Positions 16,231 through 25,016 of a stretch of DNA of 64,000 bases are shown here, one piece after another. This DNA is from an uncultured Candidatus Saccharibacteria bacterium (lineage in GTDB: Bacteria; Patescibacteriota; Saccharimonadia; CAILAD01; BJGX01). Positions within the stretch are counted from its first letter, which is position 1; each line of letters opens with the position of its first letter. Where the stretch lies: NCBI GenBank assembly GCA_964610335.1, contig CAZSVP010000001.1, positions 23,057 to 87,056 of the forward strand, in the 5' to 3' direction. A model generated the notes under the pieces. It ran no database searches. It had not been told where the DNA came from and worked only from the letters and a program-made list of their open reading frames with translations. The position numbers and the translations under genes are program-made.

Positions 16231-18078
16231 TTAAGTTGGTCCACAATAATTGTACGGCGGGCCATCACCTTGTTGTGTGCCATCACAAAATCCGATAATC
16301 TTCCATAGCACAGTGGCTGTTGCGGTTACGACTTGACCATTGGTGGGTGTAACTGGACTAGTAAATACGTGAGTGGCATTGGTCTCACTACCATCTACTA
16401 TGAAGCTACCTATGTGATGTTTGCCTTGTGAATGCCCAGCATATGCACCGTCCTGACCAGCATCGTTGAGGTAAAAGTCTAGACGATATCCTACAAGATT
16501 GGATGGTAAAAGATGCGGGAAGCTATCAGCCACAGGGTTGGCCTGGAAGTTGTAGTTAACAGTTACTTGGTCACCGGAATTGCTGACAGTATTTACAGTT
16601 GGGTAATTAAGGTAGTTATTGGCAAATCCATTGGTCGGATAAGTGATAGGATTGTTGTTAATAGGATTTGGGCCTAGGTCAACATCTGCTATCCCACTAT
16701 CACCTGCATCACTAGCTAGGTCTATCCCAAATTGTCCATTGCCATACATACTATTGACCAGGTTGGTTATACTGAAGACATCACTACCAGATTCCTGATG
16801 TATAAGTAGCCCTTGGCCAGTATTGCCAGCAATTATGTTAGCTTCACCAGCATTATCGCCACCTATTAGTATCTTGTAAACACTAACACAACCACCGTAG
16901 TACTCATTTACTTCGATCCCTGCACCTTGGTTACCATAACCTGATTCAATACTACCTGAAGTGTTGGTACCGATATAGTTATTAAACACTTCGCCATTAT
17001 ATGTATTGCTAGATGCTGAGCAATCACGATACAGATGCATTCCACCGGCACCATTGTCAGCAATATAGTTACGCTGGTTTGTACTCGCACCACCTATGGT
17101 AAAGCTTCCAGTGCCATATCCTACAAACCCATAGCCTGCATTACCAAGGGGGTCGCCAGCAATATTGAGTCCAAAATAATTATCTTGTACAAACCAGTCC
17201 GACGCCGAACTTATTTGTGCGCCTGAATCACCATTGCCAGACAATATGTTGTGCGTAACGGTAGTTATATTAGTACTGTTTCCTTCGTTCGAAATACTTA
17301 ACCCAGTCCCCCCGTTTGCTAGCTGTGTCTTACCGTCTGAAGCAGTTCCAACTAAGTTGTTTTGAATAGTATGCTCCGTACTACGACCAATATCTATGCC
17401 GAAATTTGTATGGCCTGAAACTAGATTATTTTGGATTGTTACCCTTTGGACATCATTGACTATAGTAATGCCATAATAATTAGCACTTGCAGATGTGCCG
17501 TCGGCGCTGGTACCAATATAATTACATTCTATTGTAATATCAGTAGCGCTATTATCTACAAGTACTGCACTACCATTTGCGGCACGGTTGAGAACTAGCC
17601 CACGTATTACTGAGTTTGATGCGCCTAAAGAATTGATTCTAAGATTTGAAGTAAAACCAATACCTGACGCATCCACCTCAATCAGCAAGGTATGTGGTGT
17701 GTTTGATGCAGCCGGTAAGCTTGCTGGCACTAGTGTGCCACAGCTGGCACCAGGCTGAGTCTCACCATTGATAGTAAGTGGCTGAGTTATATCTGGATAC
17801 GCCGATGCAGGTGTAAAGGTATGCACCACAGCACCTGATATGTTAAATTCAATGATGTCAGCTCCGGCCTGAGCATTGGCAGCTTCAATGGCAGAACGTA
17901 GAGTACAAGTATCTAGTGCAGTATCACAAGCGATCGAAGGGTCGGCATTGCCAGGATCAACAGCCGATTCATCACCAGTACTATCAACCGTAAATGTATA
18001 AGCATGAGCTGAGGCAGCAAATACTACCGACAATACTAATCCTGCAAATACTGCTCCACCTAAGCGTAAGAACTTCAT
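16231..18078 (-). CDS. secreted right-handed parallel beta-helix repeat protein with N-terminal CSLREA-like motif (paralog 3), no sorting signal
   Basis: Signal peptide MKFLRLGGAVFAGLVLSVVFAASAHA. CTLRSAIEAANA (CSLREA-like). Repeated NN(L/I)(V/I)xGN / G(I/L)x(I/L) beta-helix rungs, a conserved CGTLVPASLPAASNTPHTLLIEVD, and a conserved C-terminal domain ending GDGPPYNYCGPT. Confidence 0.75.
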   Translation of the reverse strand: MKFLRLGGAVFAGLVLSVVFAASAHAYTFTVDSTGDESAVDPGNADPSIACDTALDTCTLRSAIEAANAQAGADIIEFNISGAVVHTFTPASAYPDITQPLTINGETQPGASCGTLVPASLPAASNTPHTLLIEVDASGIGFTSNLRINSLGASNSVIRGLVLNRAANGSAVLVDNSATDITIECNYIGTSADGTSASANYYGITIVNDVQRVTIQNNLVSGHTNFGIDIGRSTEHTIQNNLVGTASDGKTQLANGGTGLSISNEGNSTNITTVTHNILSGNGDSGAQISSASDWFVQDNYFGLNIAGDPLGNAGYGFVGYGTGSFTIGGASTNQRNYIADNGAGGMHLYRDCSASSNTYNGEVFNNYIGTNTSGSIESGYGNQGAGIEVNEYYGGCVSVYKILIGGDNAGEANIIAGNTGQGLLIHQESGSDVFSITNLVNSMYGNGQFGIDLASDAGDSGIADVDLGPNPINNNPITYPTNGFANNYLNYPTVNTVSNSGDQVTVNYNFQANPVADSFPHLLPSNLVGYRLDFYLNDAGQDGAYAGHSQGKHHIGSFIVDGSETNATHVFTSPVTPTNGQVVTATATVLWKIIGFCDGTQQGDGPPYNYCGPT

Positions 18079-18107
18079 ACGATTAATTATACAGGGTTAG
18101 AGAGGAA
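18008..18107. repeat. ~100-bp near-identical duplication (also at 20254..20362) spanning promoter, start codon and signal-peptide region of beta-helix paralogs 2 and 3
   Basis: …catgagctgagg(c/t)agcaaatactaccgacaatactaatcctgcaaatactgctccacctaagcgtaagaacttcata… followed by attatacagggttagagagga is present at both sites. Confidence 0.7.
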
Positions 18108-18113
18108 TGGCAA
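18086..18113 (-). promoter_or_regulatory. consensus-like promoter (TTGCCA-N16-TATAAT) 7 nt upstream of the ATG of 16231..18078, implying a leaderless or near-leaderless transcript
   Basis: Read on the minus strand: tagTTTGCCAttcctctctaaccctgTATAATtaatcgtATG. There is no SD. An identical element precedes the paralog at 20341..20368. Confidence 0.5.
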
Positions 18114-18114
18114 A

Positions 18115-18447
18115 CTAGTTAGCGGTTTTTCGACGAGTTTTGCCAGCCAAGTACACACTAACGCCAGCCAATACCAACAAGGTGGTAGCAGCTGCAAACC
18201 CAACGGCTACACTTTGCCCAGTCGACGCCAAACTACCACTACTGCCACCACCATTGGTGCCTTGGCCTAGAGTAGCATAGGGTGAGAATTCAGAAGTTGA
18301 GCCATAAGTGTAAGAGTCAGCTGGTGGATTGATCTCTTGAGCATGAGCCGGTTTAGCAAGGACCAAACTTAATAAGGCAGCCGTAACTACTGCTAGTACT
18401 AGCAAGGATATTCGAATTCTATTTTGGGTGAATGCTTGTTTGTACAT
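18115..18447 (-). CDS. mini sortase substrate (paralog of 15866..16219): signal peptide + short G/S/Y-rich segment + LASTG + TM + RRK tail
   Basis: 110 aa: MYKQAFTQNRIRISLLVLAVVTAALLSLVLAKPAHA | QEINPPADSYTYGSTSEFSPYATLGQGTNGGGSSGS-LASTG-QSVAVGFAAATTLLVLAGVSVYLAG-KTRRKTAN. Identical coupling junction TAA-ataaggagcatt-ATG. Confidence 0.75.
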   Translation of the reverse strand: MYKQAFTQNRIRISLLVLAVVTAALLSLVLAKPAHAQEINPPADSYTYGSTSEFSPYATLGQGTNGGGSSGSLASTGQSVAVGFAAATTLLVLAGVSVYLAGKTRRKTAN

Positions 18448-18459
18448 AATGCTCCTTAT

Positions 18460-20331
18460 TTACATTTCACATGTTACTTGATATGGCGGGCCATCGCCCC
18501 ATTGATCATCTTGGCAGTTCGTGCCTGGGTCTGGGATAATCTGCCACAACACTGTGGCTGTTACAGTTATAACTTGACCGTTGGTGGGTGTCACTGGACT
18601 AGTAAATACGTGACTGGCGTTGGTCTCACTACCATTAACTATAAATGACCCTAAGTGAGTCTTACCTTGTGAGTAACCTGTATAGGCGCCATCTTGACCA
18701 GCGTTGTTAATATAGAAGTCGAGTCGGTAACCAACAAGATTGGACGCTTGAATGGCAGGAAAATTATCTTCCACTCCATTTGCTTGATAACTGTAATTGA
18801 CTGTTACCTGATTACCGCTAAAGCTAGTAGAGTTAATCGTGGGATGGTTGATGTAGTTGTTGGCGTTGGTAGCTGGATAACTCATCAAAAAGTTGTTAAT
18901 AACATTGGGCCCAAGGTCTGTATCTGCAGTGCCATTATCCGCACTGTCAAAAGCAAGATTAATCCCTAAGTTGCCATTGGAATGTATTATGTTTGGTAGA
19001 AATGAATTACTAAATACATCGCCCTGCTGTGATTGGTACGCACGGATGCCATCTTCCGAGTTACCTGCAATTGTGTTTGGCTCGCCAGCGTTGTCTCCAC
19101 CAATGATATTTTTATACACAGAGCCACAGCCACCGTTGTATTCGTTGATAGTAATGCCAGACCCTTGGTTACCAAACCCTGTTGCCACAGACCCGCTGGT
19201 GTTAGTACCTACATAGTTGCCAATAATCGAAACGTTTTGAATCCTGCCGCTACCATTGCAGTTTTCGTACAGATGAATTCCCGAGCCGGTATTTCCAGCA
19301 ACTACATTTCTGTTTGTTGCTGATGTACCTCCAATACCTACATCACTGCTGCCAAATATTACAAGTCCGTCACCTCCGTTACCAACAGTACCGCCATTCA
19401 TAGAAAGACCTATAAGGTTGCCTGTGACTGTAATATCAAACGTATTTTCGAAGCTCACGCCATAACTTGTGTTACCACCAACGATGTTATGCGTAACTGC
19501 AAATCCACCTGTTGTGTTATATCCATAACTACTTATTCCCGTATTGTTAGCCAAAGCACTACTGCCGCCAGCATTTAGGCCAACTATATTGTTTTGAATA
19601 GTAGTGGTATCAGAACCAGTAGTATTTATGCCAGCACTACTATTTCCTGACAATAAGTTATTTTGGACAGTTACTCCAGTTGCTAAGTAGATAGTAATGC
19701 CATTATTCGTGTTAGCTAGGGCAGAAGCTCCAGATGAGTCGGTGCCGACATAATTACACTCAAGTGTTGCGCCGGTAATTCCGCCAGACGCGTAGATGCC
19801 CGAGCTAAAATTACTGGCTCTATTGACTACCAGACCTCGAATAACAGATCCGCTTGAGCCACCCATAAGAGATAGTACTCCTTGTGAAAAAGGTGACCCA
19901 GTAGTTCCATCCACCTCAATCAGCAAGGTATGTGGTGTGTTTGATGCAGCTGGCAAGCTTGCAGGCACTAGTGTGCCACAACTAGCACCACCTGGAGATA
20001 TTGTTGGATAACTTGGATTGCCTTGGGTCTCACCATTGATGGTAACTTGCTCAGTTATATCTGCATATGCCGATGCAGGCGTAAAGGTATGCACTCCAGC
20101 ACCAGGTATTGAGAAATTAATCACATCTGATCCGGCGGTGGCATTGGCAGCTTCTATAGCCGCTCGAAGAGTACAATCACCAGTACCGTCATCACACACA
20201 CCAGGACCACCCGTATTGCCACCATCTCCAGTACTATCAACTGTAAATGTAGCAGCATGAGCTGAGGTAGCAAATACTACCGACAATACTAATCCTGCAA
20301 ATACTGCTCCACCTAAGCGTAAGAACTTCAT
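18460..20331 (-). CDS. secreted parallel beta-helix repeat protein with CSLREA-like motif (paralog 2), no sorting signal
   Basis: 623 aa. Signal peptide and upstream region are near-identical to paralog 3. CTLRAAIEAANA. Conserved C-terminal domain ending GDGPPYQVTCEM. Confidence 0.75.
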   Translation of the reverse strand: MKFLRLGGAVFAGLVLSVVFATSAHAATFTVDSTGDGGNTGGPGVCDDGTGDCTLRAAIEAANATAGSDVINFSIPGAGVHTFTPASAYADITEQVTINGETQGNPSYPTISPGGASCGTLVPASLPAASNTPHTLLIEVDGTTGSPFSQGVLSLMGGSSGSVIRGLVVNRASNFSSGIYASGGITGATLECNYVGTDSSGASALANTNNGITIYLATGVTVQNNLLSGNSSAGINTTGSDTTTIQNNIVGLNAGGSSALANNTGISSYGYNTTGGFAVTHNIVGGNTSYGVSFENTFDITVTGNLIGLSMNGGTVGNGGDGLVIFGSSDVGIGGTSATNRNVVAGNTGSGIHLYENCNGSGRIQNVSIIGNYVGTNTSGSVATGFGNQGSGITINEYNGGCGSVYKNIIGGDNAGEPNTIAGNSEDGIRAYQSQQGDVFSNSFLPNIIHSNGNLGINLAFDSADNGTADTDLGPNVINNFLMSYPATNANNYINHPTINSTSFSGNQVTVNYSYQANGVEDNFPAIQASNLVGYRLDFYINNAGQDGAYTGYSQGKTHLGSFIVNGSETNASHVFTSPVTPTNGQVITVTATVLWQIIPDPGTNCQDDQWGDGPPYQVTCEM

Positions 20332-20340
20332 ATGAGATTA

Positions 20341-20368
20341 ATTATACAGGGTTAGAGAGGATTGGCAA
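20341..20368 (-). promoter_or_regulatory. duplicated TTGCCA-N16-TATAAT promoter upstream of 18460..20331
   Basis: tatTTGCCAatcctctctaaccctgTATAATtaatctcatATG on the minus strand. The promoter hexamers and spacer are identical to the 18086..18113 element; one flanking substitution maps just outside the 16-nt spacer. Confidence 0.5.
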
Positions 20369-20371
20369 ATA

Positions 20372-22648
20372 TCATTCACAGGATGTAGTACTGTATGGCG
20401 GGCCATCACCAAAACGGCCTGGTGTTGGACAAGGATAAGGGATGTTTTTCCATAGTACAGTAGTAGTGACGCTCACACTCTGAGTTGTACTAGGAGCTAT
20501 CGGGCTTGCAAAAGTGTGAGTAGCACCACTCTCCGATCCATCCACTATGAATGACCCAAGGTGAGTTTTGGCCTGATTATATCCAGAATAGGCACCGTCT
20601 TGAGCAGCATCGTTGATATAGAAGTCGAGCCGATAGCCAACTAGGTCGGAGGTAAGTAAGCTCACGCCATCGCTACTGTCTTGTACGGCGTTGGCTTGCA
20701 AGTTGTAATTAACAGTAACTTGATTACCAACAAAAGTTGCTGAGTTCACTGTAGCATGATTGATATAGTAATTGGCATTGGTAGCAGGAAAGCTCATCAA
20801 AAAATTGTTTATAACATTGGGAGATAAATCAGTATCGGCAGTACCAGTATTTGTACTATCGGCCGCTAAGTTTATGCCTAGATTACTATTGCCATATATA
20901 GTGTTTGGAAGCACACTCACACTAAATACATCGGAACCAAAATTCTCATTGGAAGATTGATAAACACGAATACCGTCTTGAGCATTACCTGCAATCAAGT
21001 TCGGTTGACCAGTACTATCACCCCCAATCACATGTTTGTAAACTGAGCCGCCGCCACAGCTATCACCACTGTTGATTTCATTTACTGCCACCCCAGAGCC
21101 ACCATTGCCATAACCTGCAGATATATTACCGCTAGTATCAACACCAATATAATTTCCAATAGTCAAAGACACCGTATTGCTATACTGACATATACCTTGG
21201 ACATCATTGTAAATATGCACACCGTTACCAGTATTGCCTGATATCACATTACGATCAGCGCCGGTATTGCCACCAATAGTATTATCATTGCTACTACTAT
21301 CAATTAGCACTCCATCTGCTGCATTGGCGGCGACCACGCCACTACCATTGAGTCCTACTTTGTTACCCTTCATCACGCTGCCGCTACCTGTTATTCTGAC
21401 TCCAGTATGGCCATTGTTATAAATATTGCTATTTGTCAGTGTCGTAGTGCCTATATTGATACCATCATAACTGTTGTTGTAGATATCGTTTTGGGAGGCG
21501 TTAGATACTCCGTATATATATCCCCCCACTATGTTGTTCCGAACAGTATTATTGCTAAAGCTTGAAGGATTGACCAGATATGTGTCCATGTATACACCAT
21601 AATCATGATTACCAATTAAGTTATTGTTAACATCCAGCCTGTCATTCGCAGACAAAAACATACCATACCCTATACTGGGAATATTAGCTTGATTGATATT
21701 GAAACCTATATAGTTATTTTGAACTGTAGAGTTTGTGCCATAACTAATATCCACTGATGTGAACGACGACTGACTTGAGCTAATATTACGTTGGAAAGTA
21801 AAATCATCCAAATAGTTGGTAGAAATGTTGCCGTTACCAAAGGGGCTGGCCACAGGTGTCAAACCATTTTCTTCAGTGCCAAGCAAGTTCTCTTCCACGA
21901 TACTTCCTGTATTTGTCGCATCAGACAATATAATGCCAGTAGAGTCATTGGCTGATACAAGATTATTTCGAATCGTTATGTTCGATGAGTTTTGTATTAC
22001 GCGAACACCATTGCCACGATTGCCTGCTCCAGTTGTGCCGTCGGCTTCCATGCCAAGATAATTACATTCAATCAAAACGTTCGTTACACTGGTAGTTGGT
22101 TCATTGATGGATATGCCTGAAATATAGGCAAAACCGCCACTGTTACCACCCGCATTTACCAATGAAACACCACGTACTACTGAATTATCGGATCCACCCT
22201 GGAAATGGAAAATACCCTGTTCATAATCTGTCCATGGGATGTTACCACCATCGATTTGTATAAGTATGTTTTGTGGAGTATTGCTTGCAGCTGGCAGAGC
22301 GGCTGGCACAAGATCGCCACACTCAGCCGTGCCTCCACCACCAGTCCCACTAGCGCCAGATAGAGGCTGGGTAAAACCATCAATTATAACTGGGTCAGTA
22401 ATAGTGGGTAGTTCAGTGGCTCCGATAGTAATTGTCTGAACACCAGCTCCTGCAATATTAAACTTTATATTGTCAGGTGTAAGGCTAACATTGGCATTGG
22501 CATCAATAATTGCCTGCCGCAAACTACCTGCCCCCGAGTCAGCTGTGTTTGTAACAGTATAGTCAGCGGCACTAGCCATACCAACTTGGATAGCAAAGAC
22601 AAACGTGCCAAACAACAAACTAGCTAACAAAAGCGGAAGCTTTTTCAT
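20372..22648 (-). CDS. secreted parallel beta-helix repeat protein (paralog 1, 758 aa; divergent, CSLREA-like SLRQAIIDANA without the Cys)
   Basis: Signal peptide MKKLPLLLASLLFGTFVFAIQVGMASA. Same conserved CGDLVPAALPAASNTP motif and same C-terminal domain (…DLSPNVINNFLMSFPATNANYYINH…GDGPPYSTTSCE). Confidence 0.7.
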   Translation of the reverse strand: MKKLPLLLASLLFGTFVFAIQVGMASAADYTVTNTADSGAGSLRQAIIDANANVSLTPDNIKFNIAGAGVQTITIGATELPTITDPVIIDGFTQPLSGASGTGGGGTAECGDLVPAALPAASNTPQNILIQIDGGNIPWTDYEQGIFHFQGGSDNSVVRGVSLVNAGGNSGGFAYISGISINEPTTSVTNVLIECNYLGMEADGTTGAGNRGNGVRVIQNSSNITIRNNLVSANDSTGIILSDATNTGSIVEENLLGTEENGLTPVASPFGNGNISTNYLDDFTFQRNISSSQSSFTSVDISYGTNSTVQNNYIGFNINQANIPSIGYGMFLSANDRLDVNNNLIGNHDYGVYMDTYLVNPSSFSNNTVRNNIVGGYIYGVSNASQNDIYNNSYDGINIGTTTLTNSNIYNNGHTGVRITGSGSVMKGNKVGLNGSGVVAANAADGVLIDSSSNDNTIGGNTGADRNVISGNTGNGVHIYNDVQGICQYSNTVSLTIGNYIGVDTSGNISAGYGNGGSGVAVNEINSGDSCGGGSVYKHVIGGDSTGQPNLIAGNAQDGIRVYQSSNENFGSDVFSVSVLPNTIYGNSNLGINLAADSTNTGTADTDLSPNVINNFLMSFPATNANYYINHATVNSATFVGNQVTVNYNLQANAVQDSSDGVSLLTSDLVGYRLDFYINDAAQDGAYSGYNQAKTHLGSFIVDGSESGATHTFASPIAPSTTQSVSVTTTVLWKNIPYPCPTPGRFGDGPPYSTTSCE

Positions 22649-22691
22649 ATAACTAGTATAACTGAATGTAGAGCCTTTGTTGAATACAAAC

Positions 22692-23192
22692 TCAACATTT
22701 TGGTTTAGGGCTTTCCTGCGTAGCAGACTTAAACTTAGCCATGTTCTTTTTGTTTAGCTCAACTTCTGCTTTGAATGCACTTGTAAAACCCTCTTGCTTA
22801 AGTCCACCATGTGCAAGCCAATATTTTTTGAGCTCACTGATTCTCTTACCATGCCTTTCAACCTCATTGCGATACTCTGTGCTAGTAGCTAGTGGCGGCT
22901 GCGACTTACAACTTGCGTTTTTGTCACCCGTTGATTGTGTCTTATTATTATCTGGTGCATTTGGCTTAACCACAGGCTCATTGGTAGCAGGCTGTGGGCC
23001 AAGTGTAGCTGACTGCGTAGTACTTGTCAGCTTATTATGATTGGCTGAAACTAGTTTTGACTTGCGCACCACACCAAAAACAGATACAGCTACTAGTAAT
23101 ATCACGACAGCTACAACTGCCGCAAGAAACAATTTGGGCCGTTTACCAATAATACTCTTAGCCAATGAATACATATTCTTCACTCTGACCAT
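22692..23192 (-). CDS. hypothetical bitopic membrane protein (start possibly at MYSLAK, 23174)
   Basis: Single N-terminal TM (LFLAAVVAVVILLVAVSVFGVV) followed by a low-complexity region and a helical C-terminus. It lies between the sortase and the beta-helix array. Confidence 0.4.
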   Translation of the reverse strand: MVRVKNMYSLAKSIIGKRPKLFLAAVVAVVILLVAVSVFGVVRKSKLVSANHNKLTSTTQSATLGPQPATNEPVVKPNAPDNNKTQSTGDKNASCKSQPPLATSTEYRNEVERHGKRISELKKYWLAHGGLKQEGFTSAFKAEVELNKKNMAKFKSATQESPKPKC

Positions 23193-23198
23193 TCTACA

Positions 23199-24011
23199 CT
23201 ATTTAGGTTTGGCAATAACCACCACCCGGCCATCAGCTGCACCGCCCTGAGTGCAGGTGTAGATTGTAAGAATTGGGTCAGTGGTCTTGCTCTCAATGTC
23301 GGTGGCGTTTGGTTTGACCTCTTTAATATCAGCCACAGTATATTGGTATGTTTTCTTATCCCAAACAACCGTTACCTCATCACCTTTTTTAACTTCGTTG
23401 AGGTTGTAAAAGATTGATTGTTCTTTGATTTGTTGTGGCGTATAACCCCATACAAAACTATGGCCAGTTAGAATAGTATTGCCACCTTTTGACGGGTCTC
23501 CCCGTTCAGGAAACCTATGCCACACTAAGCCCTTGTCCAGAATGTTTGCATCCCCTTCTGCTATTTCTGCTTTTATCCCAGCTGCTGGTATTAAGACCAT
23601 ATCTTTGTCTTGTTTGATTGCTTGTTTAACAGTATTTTGAACTTCCTCGGGTGATTGTTTTTGTATTTTAGGTAAAAGCATCAACACAAGAATATAGATA
23701 CTCAAGGCTAGCAATATCAAAGCTAAGACTAACAAAAGAATCATTCTCATTCGCTTCTTTGGTTTTTGTTTCTTTACAGGTTGATTCAGTTCTTTAGTAG
23801 CAGTTTCTTCAAATCCATTTTTCAACTCAGGTTCTTTTGTACTACTATCTTGTTGCTCAACCAAAGCTGGCTTAAGGTTATCAACTGATTTAAGCGGTTC
23901 GGCCATAGGTGTTGGAGTGCTGTGGCTAGTAGTAGGAGGTTTGGCATGCTTTCGCAGATCGAGCTGCTTGTGCCTCATGCTTTCGGGAAGTTTTCTATAT
24001 TGTGGCTTCAC
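23199..24011 (-). CDS. sortase (transpeptidase), class E-like; long cytoplasmic N-tail, TM anchor, catalytic domain
   Basis: Active-site His motif NTILTGHS and Cys motif ILTIYTCT (TLxTC) are present. The adjacent substrates carry LAxTG (LASTG), the class E preference known from Actinobacteria. Confidence 0.8.
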   Translation of the reverse strand: MKPQYRKLPESMRHKQLDLRKHAKPPTTSHSTPTPMAEPLKSVDNLKPALVEQQDSSTKEPELKNGFEETATKELNQPVKKQKPKKRMRMILLLVLALILLALSIYILVLMLLPKIQKQSPEEVQNTVKQAIKQDKDMVLIPAAGIKAEIAEGDANILDKGLVWHRFPERGDPSKGGNTILTGHSFVWGYTPQQIKEQSIFYNLNEVKKGDEVTVVWDKKTYQYTVADIKEVKPNATDIESKTTDPILTIYTCTQGGAADGRVVVIAKPK

Positions 24012-24167
24012 GCTAGCTATTATTCCACATTACAGAAGCTGATTCTATCAAACCCATCAAACAAACCAGGTCTCCGTTTGTTTGATGGAAAAGGAGAAGT
24101 ATTGAGAAAACAAAAAATACAGATTGCTTGTGCAATCTGTATATCTGTTGAATCAATACTTCGACGT

Positions 24168-24242
24168 GGTCGGGGTGAGAGGACTCGAACCTCCGGCCTC
24201 CGCGTCCCAAACGCGGCGCGCTACCAACTGCGCCACACCCCG
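24168..24242 (-). tRNA. tRNA-Pro (anticodon TGG), CCA encoded
   Basis: Reverse complement: CGGGGTGTGGCGCAGTTGGTAGCGCGCCGCGTTTGGGACGCGGAGG…GGTTCGAGTCCTCTCACCCCGACCA. Confidence 0.85.
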
Positions 24243-24374
24243 TCGTCGTAAATGTATATACACTTTCGACGACGATCAAAGATCATCGTCTGTCAGTTAT
24301 CATACTACTTTCTCCTCTCAGTTTCACAAACAGTAACTTGGTTTGTAAAACTGTAATTAGATCGATAGTACGAA

Positions 24375-24451
24375 TGGAGGGCCATCCGGGACTCGAACCC
24401 GGGACACTCTGCTTAAGAGGCAGATGCTCTAACCAACTGAGCTAATGGCCC
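24375..24451 (-). tRNA. tRNA-Lys (anticodon CTT), CCA encoded
   Basis: Reverse complement: GGGCCATTAGCTCAGTTGGTTAGAGCATCTGCCTCTTAAGCAGAGTG…GGTTCGAGTCCCGGATGGCCCTCCA. Confidence 0.85.
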
Positions 24452-24477
24452 AAAACTTTTTTATCTAATCCGACAAA

Positions 24478-24555
24478 TGGGGCGAGTGATGGGATTCGAA
24501 CCCACGACCTACGGAACCACAATCCGTCGCTCTAACCAACTGAGCTACACCCGCC
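24478..24555 (-). tRNA. tRNA-His (anticodon GTG) with encoded G-1 and CCA
   Basis: Reverse complement: G-GCGGGTGTAGCTCAGTTGGTTAGAGCGACGGATTGTGGTTCCGTAGG…GGTTCGAATCCCATCACTCGCCCCA. The extra 5' G pairs with C73. Confidence 0.85.
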
Positions 24556-24644
24556 ATACTGCTAAATATGAAGTGATAAGGCTGAAGGATAAAGTAGCTG
24601 GTTGTACGCCCTTAACTTACGCCTTTGCACTTTTTACTTTGCTC

Positions 24645-24721
<77 letters not shown>

Positions 24722-24808
24722 TTAAACCTAAGCCTATCTTATCAAACCAAGGCTCCCTAAATAAACCTAATCCCGGCAAACCCGGGATGTTAAGACTATA
24801 AACTTTCA

Positions 24809-24883
24809 TGGAGCGGGTAGTGGGAATCAAACCCACATCGCCTGCTTGGAAGGCAGGCATAATAGTCATTATACGATACCCGC
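24809..24883 (-). tRNA. tRNA-Gly (anticodon TCC), CCA encoded
   Basis: Reverse complement: GCGGGTATCGTATAATG…GCCTGCCTTCCAAGCAGGCGATGTGGGTTTGATTCCCACTACCCGCTCCA. Confidence 0.8.
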
Positions 24884-25016
24884 TTAAGCAAAACGTCCGC
24901 CTAAGCTAGTTGCTCACTTGGACGTTTTACAACAAATTGATTTCTCAATTTGTGCTGCAGTGTAAGGTACTAGACTTTAGGGGGTCTACAAGAAACCAAT
25001 AATACGCTATTTTGGG

